A stretch of 64,000 nt of DNA from a virus: the IMG/VR virus record IMGVR_UViG_3300029220_000112, one strand, 5' to 3'. Within the stretch, counting starts at the first letter, position 1; every line of letters starts with the position of its first letter. Below are positions 17,188-26,719 of the stretch, piece after piece. A program made the position numbers and the translations under genes. The notes below the pieces were generated by a model. It saw nothing but the letters and a program-made list of their open reading frames with translations. It was not told the origin of the DNA and searched no databases.

Positions 17188-18765
17188 ATGTATTTCGAAA
17201 ACGAAAATAGGGAATTTTTAGAAAAATACGACAGCGATTCAAAGCAGATAGAATACTATACAAAACAGGTGGAACGGATTTTTCTTGAGGTCGGAATTGA
17301 TAATGATTATACTACGGCAGGAATAGAAGCCAATGTTAGAGAGTGGTTTTATGAGAAGGAAACTCTGTTTCGTATTCTAAGAAATCATCCTATGTGGAAC
17401 GAAGAAGCAAAGGCAATAATATTTCTCCGTGATGAAGTTAGGGGGTCAGACTTATCTGCGTTCAAAAGAGACATTAATGAATTGGTCGTGTATACATCAA
17501 GAAAAATAATTGAAAACGAGCTTGAACAGTCCAAAATGTTTAATGCGGTTATAAGCTTGCTTTCTCAGAGTGCAAGTCGAGAGATAAGCGAACGCGAAGC
17601 GGAGTCGATAAACCGACTCGGGTACTATAAGGAAATGCGTTCCGGAATGAAGCGCAGCCGTGTAATCAATACAGTATTCAAGGAATATCCGATAGGCGAT
17701 GACCGTAAAATTGATGCGACGAAATTCACAGACGGACACGAGGAGGGTGACAGAAATTATTTAAGCTATAACAAGTTGTTTGCAAAAGCCGCAGACGATA
17801 CTAACCCGCTTAAAATAAAAAGAATAACCGTGCTGAGTGTGAACATATGCGATTTTCTTCTGATGTCAAATGGAAATTCGTGGAGCAGTTGTCATTTCAT
17901 TAACTGCTCAGGTGCGTATCAGGGCTGTTATAAGGCAGGGACTCTTAGTTATTCCAACGATGGTACAAGTATGTGTTTCTATACGCTGCCCGAAACATAC
18001 GAAGGAAATCGGTGGTGTATGGAAAAGAAAATCACACGACAGTTGTTCTTTTATGAAAACGGTTTGCTTTTGCAGTCTCGCCTCTATCCGAAGGGCGGCG
18101 ATGCGTCGGGCGAAAGCTATGGAGACTATAGAGCGGTTGTACAGGATATTATAGCAAAATGCATTGAAAAACCGAATTTATGGAAGAAGGTCGATGATGA
18201 TTGGGACAGCTACATAGTCACCCATGAAAACACATTCCATTACCGAGATTACGACGAATATCCTGACGAGTGCGTGTTTACATACAATAAGGAAATGAAA
18301 TCAGAAGCGACATACGGTTTGCATATTGGCGGCGATTCCTATTGTGTTAATTGCGGTGATATGATGGACTCAGATTATGACGACGCGGGAAATTTACAGT
18401 GCTGTAATTGTCTTGATAACCGCTCTTATTGCTATCGTTGCGATTGTGAAATCGACGACGATGACGACGCATATGAAATTGATGGCGAAGTCTATTGCGA
18501 TGACTGCACATTCTACTGCGAATACCATAATGAAAGGGAAGTCGCGTATGATGACTATGGCAATAGTCTTATGGTAGAGAATTACATAGGCGGTGACTGG
18601 TATACAATGTGTAGAGATGCATTTGACGAATCAGTAACGAGATGTTATAAGTGCGATGAGCTTGAATTTGCGGACAATATGGTATATGTAGAGGAAATCG
18701 GTTCGTATTTATGTAAAACTTGCTATGATGAATATATGGAGGAAAAAGAAAATGAAGTTGCTTAA
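17188..18765 (+). CDS. hypothetical protein with C-terminal array of CxxC zinc-ribbon motifs and an acidic DDDDD stretch
   Basis: AAGGAGGAAAATAAA then ATG. The C-terminal 180 aa hold more than seven CxxC pairs. Confidence 0.55.
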   Translation: MYFENENREFLEKYDSDSKQIEYYTKQVERIFLEVGIDNDYTTAGIEANVREWFYEKETLFRILRNHPMWNEEAKAIIFLRDEVRGSDLSAFKRDINELVVYTSRKIIENELEQSKMFNAVISLLSQSASREISEREAESINRLGYYKEMRSGMKRSRVINTVFKEYPIGDDRKIDATKFTDGHEEGDRNYLSYNKLFAKAADDTNPLKIKRITVLSVNICDFLLMSNGNSWSSCHFINCSGAYQGCYKAGTLSYSNDGTSMCFYTLPETYEGNRWCMEKKITRQLFFYENGLLLQSRLYPKGGDASGESYGDYRAVVQDIIAKCIEKPNLWKKVDDDWDSYIVTHENTFHYRDYDEYPDECVFTYNKEMKSEATYGLHIGGDSYCVNCGDMMDSDYDDAGNLQCCNCLDNRSYCYRCDCEIDDDDDAYEIDGEVYCDDCTFYCEYHNEREVAYDDYGNSLMVENYIGGDWYTMCRDAFDESVTRCYKCDELEFADNMVYVEEIGSYLCKTCYDEYMEEKENEVA

Positions 18766-19771
18766 CATATTTAAGTTTTCGCAGGACAAGCTCAAATCGG
18801 CGTTGACTTGTCACTTGAGAGACAAAGGATATTCGCCGATATCGGACGACGGGTTTGTATACGCGGCGGGCGAGGTTCCGGTCTTGCTCGTCGCTCATAT
18901 GGACACCGTACACAAACGGACTCCTGATATCATTTGTATGTCGGAAGATAAAAGTATAATGATGTCGCCGTATGGTATAGGTGGAGACGACAGGTGCGGT
19001 ATCACTATGATTCTCGAAATTATCAAAGAACTGCGGTGTCATGTGCTCTTTACGGAGGATGAGGAAATCGGCGGCGTGGGTGCGGGAAAGTTTTGTGCGA
19101 GTGGAATAAAACCGAAAATCAATTTCATAATCGAATTTGACCGAGCGCACGAAAGGGACGCGGTTTATTATGAGCTTGATAACGAGGTGTTTGCTGAAAC
19201 GGTAGAAAAATACGGATTTAAGCGAGACTACGGTTCTTATTCGGACATAGTGGATATAGCGCCGGTACTCGGGTGCGCTGCCGTTAATTTGTCGTGTGGA
19301 TATTATAGCGCTCACACTCAGCACGAATTTGTTTCTATCCCGCAAATGTACGCACAGGTTGAGAGAGCAAAGAAGCTTATAGCAAATGAGTGTAACAATT
19401 TCTTTGAATGGAAGGAGCTCGTATACGATAGAAGTTGGGATAGCGGAAATTGGTGCTACGGCGGATGGTACGATAATTATGACTACTATGACAGCAAAAA
19501 CAAATCCAAATCTAAGAGTAAAGTCAAGCCTGTGTCCAAGGAAGTGTCACTTATACCAGACGACGCATACCTTCAATCGTCAGACGGTGACTGGATTGAA
19601 GTTGGAGAGGAGATAGATGATTTCTTTGTGGATGATTCGGGAACGGTATATGTATACGACTCCGAATACTTAATGGTAATTCCATTGTTTGAATATGTGG
19701 CGATAAGCGCAAATGGAGTGCCTTGTAAAATGGATCCGGACAACAGTTTTGTGGTTGAGGTTGAAGGATAA
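18752..19771 (+). CDS. metallopeptidase-like protein (M20/M28/M42-type motifs HMDTV, GGDDRCG, EDEEIGG)
   Basis: Motif order His-x-Asp, bridging Asp, Glu-Glu, as in co-catalytic zinc peptidases. GGAGGAAAAAGAAA then ATG at 18752. Confidence 0.5.
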   Translation: MKLLNIFKFSQDKLKSALTCHLRDKGYSPISDDGFVYAAGEVPVLLVAHMDTVHKRTPDIICMSEDKSIMMSPYGIGGDDRCGITMILEIIKELRCHVLFTEDEEIGGVGAGKFCASGIKPKINFIIEFDRAHERDAVYYELDNEVFAETVEKYGFKRDYGSYSDIVDIAPVLGCAAVNLSCGYYSAHTQHEFVSIPQMYAQVERAKKLIANECNNFFEWKELVYDRSWDSGNWCYGGWYDNYDYYDSKNKSKSKSKVKPVSKEVSLIPDDAYLQSSDGDWIEVGEEIDDFFVDDSGTVYVYDSEYLMVIPLFEYVAISANGVPCKMDPDNSFVVEVEG

Positions 19772-19789
19772 AAGGAAAGGAGAGTTAAA

Positions 19790-20422
19790 ATGAATAACGG
19801 TTTAACAATCAAAGATGCAACTGAACGCTGGGTTCACGAAATGAACGCAATCCCGCAGGGCATGATCGAGAAGCTGATGGGAGCAGATATTGATGATTGG
19901 AGAGAAGTTACATTGCCGAGCGTCGGCGATCAGGTATATGCAAATAGCTATGGGTTGGGCGAGGTCGCAGAAGTAACATCAACTGAAGACGGTGTTGTGC
20001 TTGTGGTTGATTTAGATGTGCCACGGAGTGAACAGGTGGAAATTCCTGCGGATGAGGTTGAGATTGAGCGTCTCGAATTACTCCCGATGTGGAGTACAAT
20101 GTGGTCGTTTGGCGACTCCGCAGATGATTGGTGGCTTGAAGAGGACGACGGAATCGAAATCATGTCGGAGTGCGGGTTTAGAATTTATGAATCAGATGAG
20201 TTTGGATATTTCTTCGGCATAGACGGAGCTGGATACAACTTCTATGAGGCACACTGGATTCCGCTCTATAAGGCAAGAGGACTTCAATGGCACGACCCAG
20301 TAGCGGAGCAGGAATACCAAATGTTAAGCAAAGGGTATAAGAAAGAAAAATTGGGCGCGAATACATACTGGATGGACAAAAACAATAATGTAATTGAAGA
20401 AGTAATCAAGGAGGAATTTTAA
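19790..20422 (+). CDS. hypothetical protein (210 aa)
   Basis: AAGGAAAGGAGAG RBS. Confidence 0.5.
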   Translation: MNNGLTIKDATERWVHEMNAIPQGMIEKLMGADIDDWREVTLPSVGDQVYANSYGLGEVAEVTSTEDGVVLVVDLDVPRSEQVEIPADEVEIERLELLPMWSTMWSFGDSADDWWLEEDDGIEIMSECGFRIYESDEFGYFFGIDGAGYNFYEAHWIPLYKARGLQWHDPVAEQEYQMLSKGYKKEKLGANTYWMDKNNNVIEEVIKEEF

Positions 20423-20423
20423 A

Positions 20424-21020
20424 ATGGGATGGACAAGTTATCATGCGTCGTTCTATAAGAACGGCAAAATAGATAGAAAAGCAGAGTGCGACAGCATAAT
20501 GAATTGCGATATGGTAGGCAACAAGGGGAGATATGAAGTGCTCAAATCTGCTATGGTAGGCTCTACTTATTATGCCGCTGTAAAGAAAACCATTTTCAAA
20601 ACGGGAGCTAAGCCCGAAAAGGAAAGTGTTTTTGGAGTGGTGATGCTCACGTCCGTTAACAACAAAGACTATTTTAACTTTTCTTACAAGGATATGGATG
20701 AGAGCGCTGGTCCCGGTTACTATGATTGTCCGAAAGGAATACTTGATGTGCTTACCCCTACGGAGTATGAGTGGGCAAAGGAATGGCGAGAGCGTTGCTA
20801 TGAGAATATAAAAAAGAAAAAGAGTCCAGACGCACTCAGCAATCTGCCAATCGGAAGTGAAATCAAATTTACTCTGTGGGACGGTACTGAAAAACGGTTG
20901 GTAAAGCATCCGGCTGCGTATCAGTTTAGTCGTCCGTTTTGGATGAACTTAAATGAATATACATATGTGCCGGTAAACAGAATCCCTAAAAACTACGAAG
21001 TAATAAGAAGAGGCGCGTAA
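20424..21020 (+). CDS. hypothetical protein (198 aa)
   Basis: AAGGAGGAAT RBS; coupled to the upstream gene. Confidence 0.5.
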   Translation: MGWTSYHASFYKNGKIDRKAECDSIMNCDMVGNKGRYEVLKSAMVGSTYYAAVKKTIFKTGAKPEKESVFGVVMLTSVNNKDYFNFSYKDMDESAGPGYYDCPKGILDVLTPTEYEWAKEWRERCYENIKKKKSPDALSNLPIGSEIKFTLWDGTEKRLVKHPAAYQFSRPFWMNLNEYTYVPVNRIPKNYEVIRRGA

Positions 21021-21065
21021 CCATGTTTGATTATCGATAATATTAATTCAAAAAGGAGAATTAAA

Positions 21066-21638
21066 ATGCCAAATTGGGTAACAAATCGAATTGTGTTTCA
21101 CGGAAATCAGGAGAATATAGACAGGGTTCTTCAGTACATAAAAGGAAATGGGTCTATGATTGACTTCAACAAAATTATCCCAATGCCCGACAACATTTAT
21201 CGCGGTGATTTAGACAAGAGAACGAGGGAACTGTACGGCTCAAATAATTGGTATGATTGGAGTGTGGCGAATTGGGGCACAAAATGGAACGCGCAATGTT
21301 CCTCACTCAACCACAAGAATACGCTGTGGTTTGATACGGCGTGGAGCTGCCCTATACCCGTACTCAATAAGCTTGCAGAAATATGTTGCATAAACGATGT
21401 TAGGTTTGAAGGGGAATGGGCTGATGAGGATTGCGGTTGTAATGTTGGTGTGTTTTGGAGCGACAACTGTGTAGACAAAGACTATGATTTTTATTATAAA
21501 TCCATAGACGACAATACAGACGAAGCATACGACATATATGTAAAAACTCGAGGCGAGAGTGATTGTATGGGTAAGGACGGCGATGGACATTGGATCCGTT
21601 ACGATTGTGATACTTGCCCAAACAAAGACAAATGCTGA
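21066..21638 (+). CDS. hypothetical Cys/Trp-rich protein (NWVTNRI...WGTKWNA)
   Basis: AAAAGGAGAATTAAA then ATG. Confidence 0.5.
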   Translation: MPNWVTNRIVFHGNQENIDRVLQYIKGNGSMIDFNKIIPMPDNIYRGDLDKRTRELYGSNNWYDWSVANWGTKWNAQCSSLNHKNTLWFDTAWSCPIPVLNKLAEICCINDVRFEGEWADEDCGCNVGVFWSDNCVDKDYDFYYKSIDDNTDEAYDIYVKTRGESDCMGKDGDGHWIRYDCDTCPNKDKC

Positions 21639-21672
21639 AACAAAAAATAACAAGCAGAAAGGAGATATAAAA

Positions 21673-22584
21673 ATGAAAACATATAAAGGCTTTGACAAGG
21701 ATTTAAAGTGCAGAGACTTTCAGTATGAAATAGGAAAAAAGTACGAAGAGAAAGAAGCAAAAGCTTGTGAAAAGGGATTCCATGCTTGCGCTAATCCACT
21801 TAATGTACTTCAATATTATCCTCCTTGCCATGAAAATCGATATTGTGAAGTAGAACAAGATGGCGATTTTTCCGAAAACGGTGATGACTCGAAGATTGCT
21901 TCTACAAAAATAGAAATTAGTAATGAGATTAGTCTTGAGGAATTGATACAAGCCGCAATGGACAAAAGTGGCGAAAGTGAAATTTATTCTGTGAATACCG
22001 GCGACCATACGGTGGCGGAAAATGCAGAGAATTGTTCAATAGCATTAAATAAGGGCTGTGGCTCGATAGCGACAAATGCTGGACACTATTCACTGGCAAC
22101 GACTATAAAAAGTTTTACAATAGCAGCAAATACGGGTGATTATTCAGTTGCATGGGGTCAAAAAGCTTATTCAATAGCAGCAAATATAGGCGAAGGTTCA
22201 GCGGCACTGAGTGGTGGATATCGGTCTATAGCAGCGAATACGGGGGGACGTTCTGCTGCCATAAGTTACGGTGAGGATTCAGTAGCAATAAATGTTGGAA
22301 ACCAGTCAACAGCTATAAACAAAGCTGCTAAATCGGTAGCTTTAAATATGGGTGGGCACGCTGAGGCATCAGTAACAGAAGAAGGCTCTATTGCAATAGC
22401 GACAGGTATCCAATCAAGAGCAAAGGGAGGACTTGGTTCAGCAATTGTTCTTGTAGAGAGGACCACTTGGAATGGTTATAGATACCCACTAAATAATATA
22501 AAAGCGGTAATTGTGGATGGAGAAAAAATTAAAGCCGATACTTGGTACACTCTTAGAAATGGCGAATTTGTTGAGTGTGATTAA
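21673..22584 (+). CDS. hypothetical protein with seven ~17-aa tandem SIAxNxG repeats (beta-helix-like)
   Basis: Repeats GSIATNAGHYSLATT, FTIAANTGDYSVAWG, YSIAANIGEGSAALSG, RSIAANTGGRSAAISYG and others are directly visible. Confidence 0.55.
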   Translation: MKTYKGFDKDLKCRDFQYEIGKKYEEKEAKACEKGFHACANPLNVLQYYPPCHENRYCEVEQDGDFSENGDDSKIASTKIEISNEISLEELIQAAMDKSGESEIYSVNTGDHTVAENAENCSIALNKGCGSIATNAGHYSLATTIKSFTIAANTGDYSVAWGQKAYSIAANIGEGSAALSGGYRSIAANTGGRSAAISYGEDSVAINVGNQSTAINKAAKSVALNMGGHAEASVTEEGSIAIATGIQSRAKGGLGSAIVLVERTTWNGYRYPLNNIKAVIVDGEKIKADTWYTLRNGEFVECD

Positions 22585-22605
22585 CAGAAAGGAATTAAAT
22601 TTGGA

Positions 22606-22893
22606 ATGAAATTAAAATTTGATTTAGGAATGCAGGTCATGACGCCGGGTATAGCAAATATACTCGGTGACGGTAAAATTTGCGAGGAGCTGCTCGATGC
22701 TTTCGGGCGATACACAAAGTGCGATTGGGGTGATATCCCCGAAGAGGACAAGGCTTTAAACGACAAGGCGGTTCGGGTAGGCGATGGACGAACGCTCGCC
22801 GCATATAACACAAGTAAGGGCGAGATTTGGATAATCACAGACTTCGGCGACGAGGGTAATGTGACGACCATGCTGTTGCCGGAGGAGTATTGA
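22606..22893 (+). CDS. hypothetical protein
   Basis: CAGAAAGGAATTAAATTTGGA then ATG. Confidence 0.45.
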   Translation: MKLKFDLGMQVMTPGIANILGDGKICEELLDAFGRYTKCDWGDIPEEDKALNDKAVRVGDGRTLAAYNTSKGEIWIITDFGDEGNVTTMLLPEEY

Positions 22894-23291
22894 AAATGAG
22901 AAAAGAAAATGAATCTATGGTTTGCACAGTAAACGAGCTGAGTGATTATCTCGGAGAAAGGGCGCGTAAATGTATTCGTGAGGGTAGTCGATTTCCAGAT
23001 TGTGACTTCGCTGTAATAGACTCTGAGAACGCAAACAAAAGCTTCGACGAGTTGCGCGATGATAATTACGGCTGGTATGGAATAAAGGCTGTAGATACGG
23101 GGTTTGACTCAGCAGACCTAATACTGTTCTCAGATTATTACGGCGGAGGGTGCGCGTCGTTTTGCTCGATATGGGAAGAGTCGTGGTGCTATCAAGACGC
23201 AAGCGAAGCTATTAAGAAAACGATATTAGACACACTGAGGTGCTCTGATGTGGTTATGGGTGACAGTATGCTCATAGCAGATTTTATTTAA
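22890..23291 (+). CDS. hypothetical protein
   Basis: Coupled by an ATGA overlap. Confidence 0.45.
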   Translation: MKMRKENESMVCTVNELSDYLGERARKCIREGSRFPDCDFAVIDSENANKSFDELRDDNYGWYGIKAVDTGFDSADLILFSDYYGGGCASFCSIWEESWCYQDASEAIKKTILDTLRCSDVVMGDSMLIADFI

Positions 23292-23305
23292 GAAAGGAAA
23301 ACAAA

Positions 23306-23533
23306 ATGGAGTATCTTGTACGGTTCAACTATTCAGGACGAGTTGCATATGAGATTGAAGCAGACGACGAAGAGACGGCAAAGAGAGAAGCTGCTAATAG
23401 GTGGTCTGTTTGGGTATCGGCAGACGCGGTGGGACACAATCCCGAGTTTGCGTGTGCGGGTATTAAGTATGACACTATGACGGCTGAACGGCTAATAGAC
23501 GGTGATGTAGCGGAGGTAAATAAAAATGAGTAA
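23306..23533 (+). CDS. hypothetical small protein
   Basis: GAAAGGAAAACAAA then ATG. Confidence 0.45.
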   Translation: MEYLVRFNYSGRVAYEIEADDEETAKREAANRWSVWVSADAVGHNPEFACAGIKYDTMTAERLIDGDVAEVNKNE

Positions 23534-24158
23534 TGAAAACAAAGGCTTACTCATAGATGGCGATACCGTAAATAAGGCATTAGAATCAATAGGGGTTGCT
23601 GCGGCTAACGCTGCTAATACAAATCGTACCCTTGCCGATATACTTAAAGATGTCAATCATCGTTTCGAAGAGCAATTTAATATTGATATAGAAACAAGAA
23701 AAGAAAAAGAGAAAGAGCTTGATGAGATGAGAGCTTCGGGCAAGTTTGTTTCTGTTATGGTTTTTGACCAGACAAATAAGCAGAGAAATTATCAGTATGT
23801 CGGTGAAACTTACTCGGGAGAGACGGTAGTTGGCAGTATCGTTTATGATGAGGGGACTTACATTTATGACCCCAGATATTATATCTATACTTTAGCCAAC
23901 CTTAATACTTCTGCGGGCGGCGAAGTAGACGACCATAATATGCGTAGAGTTGAGGTGCGCCCTGATTCTATTCGTCCGTACACACAGATTGAAAAAATTA
24001 AGGAAGAGCTGCGAAGGGGTCACTGCATAGAGCTTGTTCGTAATCTCTCTGATAGTCTTTCTGATAAGTCAATATGTATTATTGCGAATGAAAAAGAAAT
24101 TCCTTATGAGCTTTGGTTTAGAAAGAAAACTAAAATGAAGAAATTTGGAGGTAAATGA
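23526..24158 (+). CDS. hypothetical protein (210 aa)
   Basis: Overlap-coupled ORF. Confidence 0.45.
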   Translation: MSNENKGLLIDGDTVNKALESIGVAAANAANTNRTLADILKDVNHRFEEQFNIDIETRKEKEKELDEMRASGKFVSVMVFDQTNKQRNYQYVGETYSGETVVGSIVYDEGTYIYDPRYYIYTLANLNTSAGGEVDDHNMRRVEVRPDSIRPYTQIEKIKEELRRGHCIELVRNLSDSLSDKSICIIANEKEIPYELWFRKKTKMKKFGGK

Positions 24159-24403
24159 AAATGAATGGAAGAGATTTAAGCAACCGTCTTCTTTACACGG
24201 GGATGATAAGGGACGCAAGAAAACTGGCGTTTAAAGACAAAATGGCAACAGCGGAAGAGCTTGCACTTATGAGCGAACTGGAAATATGCGATTTAATCGA
24301 GCAAGACTATAATATCATCATGAGCGAAGATGAAAAAGTCCTTTTAATTCCAAAAGATAAAATGGACGAATTTGAGCAAATGGCTGTATATTTATGTCGA
24401 TAA
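24155..24403 (+). CDS. hypothetical small protein
   Basis: Overlap-coupled ORF. Confidence 0.4.
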   Translation: MKMNGRDLSNRLLYTGMIRDARKLAFKDKMATAEELALMSELEICDLIEQDYNIIMSEDEKVLLIPKDKMDEFEQMAVYLCR

Positions 24404-24417
24404 GGAGGAAAACAAAA

Positions 24418-24750
24418 ATGTATAAACTTGACTTTTACACAGCGATATCTGACAAGAACGACCTCAAAGCCCTCAATCACTTCGAGCGGGTTAGCGGTTA
24501 TGGACAGGTAGTAAGAACTCCGCGAGGAAGAGAAATCGAATTTGGTTTTGATAAGCGGAGTGATGGATGGTATGTAACCGATGTTGCTTCCGGTATGAGG
24601 ATTCCTAAAAAATATGACACAAGGATGAAAGCACTCGCAGCCCTTAATGCAGAGATGCTCAGTAAGGTTGACAAGGCAGTAGAGAACGATACATATAAAG
24701 CTGTAGTGAAAGCTCTTAGCGAATTTAAAACAAATTCGGAGGTAGCGTGA
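24418..24750 (+). CDS. hypothetical protein
   Basis: AAGGAGGAAAACAAAA then ATG. Confidence 0.45.
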   Translation: MYKLDFYTAISDKNDLKALNHFERVSGYGQVVRTPRGREIEFGFDKRSDGWYVTDVASGMRIPKKYDTRMKALAALNAEMLSKVDKAVENDTYKAVVKALSEFKTNSEVA

Positions 24751-25434
24751 TATGACGGTGTATGAAGTGTTGGAAACATATTGCAAAAACTGCGCACACA
24801 ACGGTAATTGTTGGAAACCGTGTGCGGCGGCGATATCGGAGGTAATGAGCGACGAAAAGGTGAAAGCAAAGACGGTGGTGAGTTTATGATACTAAACACG
24901 ACATATTGCAGACGAGCTTTTACCGGCGTGTATTGTGAACATATGGACGGAAATGTGTGTGTTAGACAATCCGGCGAGTGTGAGTTTCAGTACGGAGCGG
25001 GTAGACGACAAGAAAATGGAGTCCAGAAGGAATTGGATTCTGATTTAAAAAACGAAAACAAAAGGAGAATGTAAATGAATATCAAAGTAAAAATCTGTGA
25101 TAAAGCTATCGAGCTTATTGATCTGTTGGCTAATATGTCGCTCGCTGATGATGAATTTGTCGATGAGATAATAGACGGTATTCGGTACAACGAGCCGTAC
25201 CGAATAGAAGCAATTAGAGATGAGGTGCAGAATGGCTGAAGAAATATACTATTACATAATGGACAAGCATGGAGTAATCTATGGCAGAAGTACAAGTAAA
25301 ACTCGACTTCAGGAGAAAATGAAAAATAATTTCACCGAAGCTGTTATACGGAAGTTAGGAATAGAAATCGTTGAGGTGTATGATAGCATATGAGCTATCG
25401 TAAGTAAAAAATAATATGGGAGAGGAAGATTAAA

Positions 25435-25770
25435 ATAATTAAGAGAGGAGAAATCTACTTGGTTTCGCTGGACGGAGTGGGGTCTGAACAACGGAACACA
25501 AGACCTGCGATTATAGTGCAAAACGATGTGGGAAACGCCCACTCGCCGACGACGGTTATCGTACCTTTATCGACAAAAATAAAACCGTCTATGGCGACGA
25601 CGCACGTCAAAATAACAAGTGAGCAGGGCGTAAGAGATGAGTCAGAAGCGTTATGTGAACAACTGAGAGTGGTAGACAAATCGAGATTAGGAAGGAGAGT
25701 GGGTAAAATCACCGACGAATCGATTATGACGGATATAACAAGAAAAATAAAAGTAGTGTGCGGCTGTTAA
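25435..25770 (+). CDS. PemK/MazF/EndoA-family mRNA interferase toxin, probable non-AUG (AUA/AUU) start
   Basis: IKRGEIYLVSLDGVGSEQRNTRPAIIVQNDVGNAHSPTTVIVPLSTKIKPSMATTHVKI aligns to the EndoA/NdoA consensus (KRGDVY...GSEQ...RPVLVIQND.GN..SPT.IVA.IT). The conserved N-terminal strand precedes the first canonical start (TTG 25459). The frame is open from 25408 with GGGAGAGGAAG upstream of ATA 25435 / ATT 25438. Confidence 0.7.
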   Translation: MIKRGEIYLVSLDGVGSEQRNTRPAIIVQNDVGNAHSPTTVIVPLSTKIKPSMATTHVKITSEQGVRDESEALCEQLRVVDKSRLGRRVGKITDESIMTDITRKIKVVCGC

Positions 25771-25782
25771 TTGGAGGGGAAA

Positions 25783-26037
25783 ATGGAACATCAAACAGTA
25801 GTAGCAAAAACGAAAAATGGAGATGAGTTTGTGGCTTGTTCCGGTATCGGAAGCAAGCTCTGCTCAATACATAGCTGTGAGTCGTGTCCTAAGATGAAAT
25901 CAATTCGGGACAGCGCAAATAAGCTTGGATATGCCGGAAAAGGAAATGACTTTGCAGAGCTATTAAATTATCTATTCGATAAGGAGTGTGAACAGTTTGG
26001 AAATTATGCTGTTATGGAGGTGTGTATGTCAGATTGA
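25783..26037 (+). CDS. hypothetical Cys-rich protein overlapping the hicA start (candidate noncanonical antitoxin)
   Basis: GGAGGGGAAA then ATG. CSGIGSKLCSIHSCESCP. 16-nt overlap with the HicA ORF. Confidence 0.4.
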   Translation: MEHQTVVAKTKNGDEFVACSGIGSKLCSIHSCESCPKMKSIRDSANKLGYAGKGNDFAELLNYLFDKECEQFGNYAVMEVCMSD

Positions 26038-26219
26038 CTCAATTCAAAGTAAAAGAGTTCAAGAGAATTTTACGGGATAACGGCTATAAGGAGGTGAGGT
26101 GTTGCGGTAGCCATCAAACTTGGAGCAATGGTGCAAGCAAAATTACTTTGCCGACGGTTAAGCTGAGTCCTGTTATAGCGGCTCGACTCATAAAGGAAAA
26201 TGATTTGAGTGTCCGATAA
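26022..26219 (+). CDS. HicA-like toxin (YcfA family mRNA interferase)
   Basis: KEFKRILRDNGYKEVRCCGSHQTWSNGASKITLPTVKLSPVIAARLIKENDL matches the HicA pattern (K.L...G...VRQKGSHH......TVP.H....). Confidence 0.65.
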   Translation: MYVRLTQFKVKEFKRILRDNGYKEVRCCGSHQTWSNGASKITLPTVKLSPVIAARLIKENDLSVR

Positions 26220-26252
26220 AAGTGACAACTTACAACTGGAAAAAATTCCCTG

Positions 26253-26281
26253 TTGACAAGAGAATTTTTTAGGACTATAAT
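26253..26281 (+). promoter_or_regulatory. consensus sigma-70/sigma-A promoter (TTGACA-17 nt-TATAAT)
   Basis: TTGACA at 26253-26258, 17-nt spacer, TATAAT at 26276-26281, about 40 nt upstream of the 26324 ORF. Confidence 0.65.
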
Positions 26282-26323
26282 AAAAAATGTAAACGGAACA
26301 AATGTTCGACTAAAGTTCGATTA

Positions 26324-26719
26324 ATGAAAGGAGAAATTTGTAAAATGGGATTTTTGGGTTCATTTCTTGGTCTGATTGGTGCTTCGGCGGTGTTTGTTGG
26401 AGCCGATGTTAAAGAGCGTTGGGACGAAATAGATAGAGAGCGGCAGCGCATTGCGGCAAATCCCGCACCGCCTGCGGAGATGAGGGGAAATTTAAGAGAT
26501 AAATATGAATCTGAATGGCACAGAGGTGATAACACTCATTTCCCGGAAGAATATCTTCCTGCTCTTGAGAGCGATCCAGAGGTACTTTACTGGTGGATTG
26601 AGCTTCTTGCAGAGCGTGAGATAAGGCGTCAGGGTTATCGCGGTTATCCTATCAGTATTCAGGGCAATTTCAATCGAGTGTATAATGCTTGGAAGGAGCG
26701 TCAGAATTGGGTCAGATAA
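26324..26719 (+). CDS. small membrane protein (N-terminal TM helix), operonic with recombinase
   Basis: GAAAGGAGAAAT RBS. MGFLGSFLGLIGASAVFVGA hydrophobic segment. Stop overlaps the downstream start. Confidence 0.5.
   Translation: MKGEICKMGFLGSFLGLIGASAVFVGADVKERWDEIDRERQRIAANPAPPAEMRGNLRDKYESEWHRGDNTHFPEEYLPALESDPEVLYWWIELLAEREIRRQGYRGYPISIQGNFNRVYNAWKERQNWVR

Noticed and set aside
25771-25782. TTG start given by the ORF track for the Cys-rich ORF upstream of hicA.
   Set aside because: An ATG four codons downstream is better placed relative to the GGAGGGGA Shine-Dalgarno.
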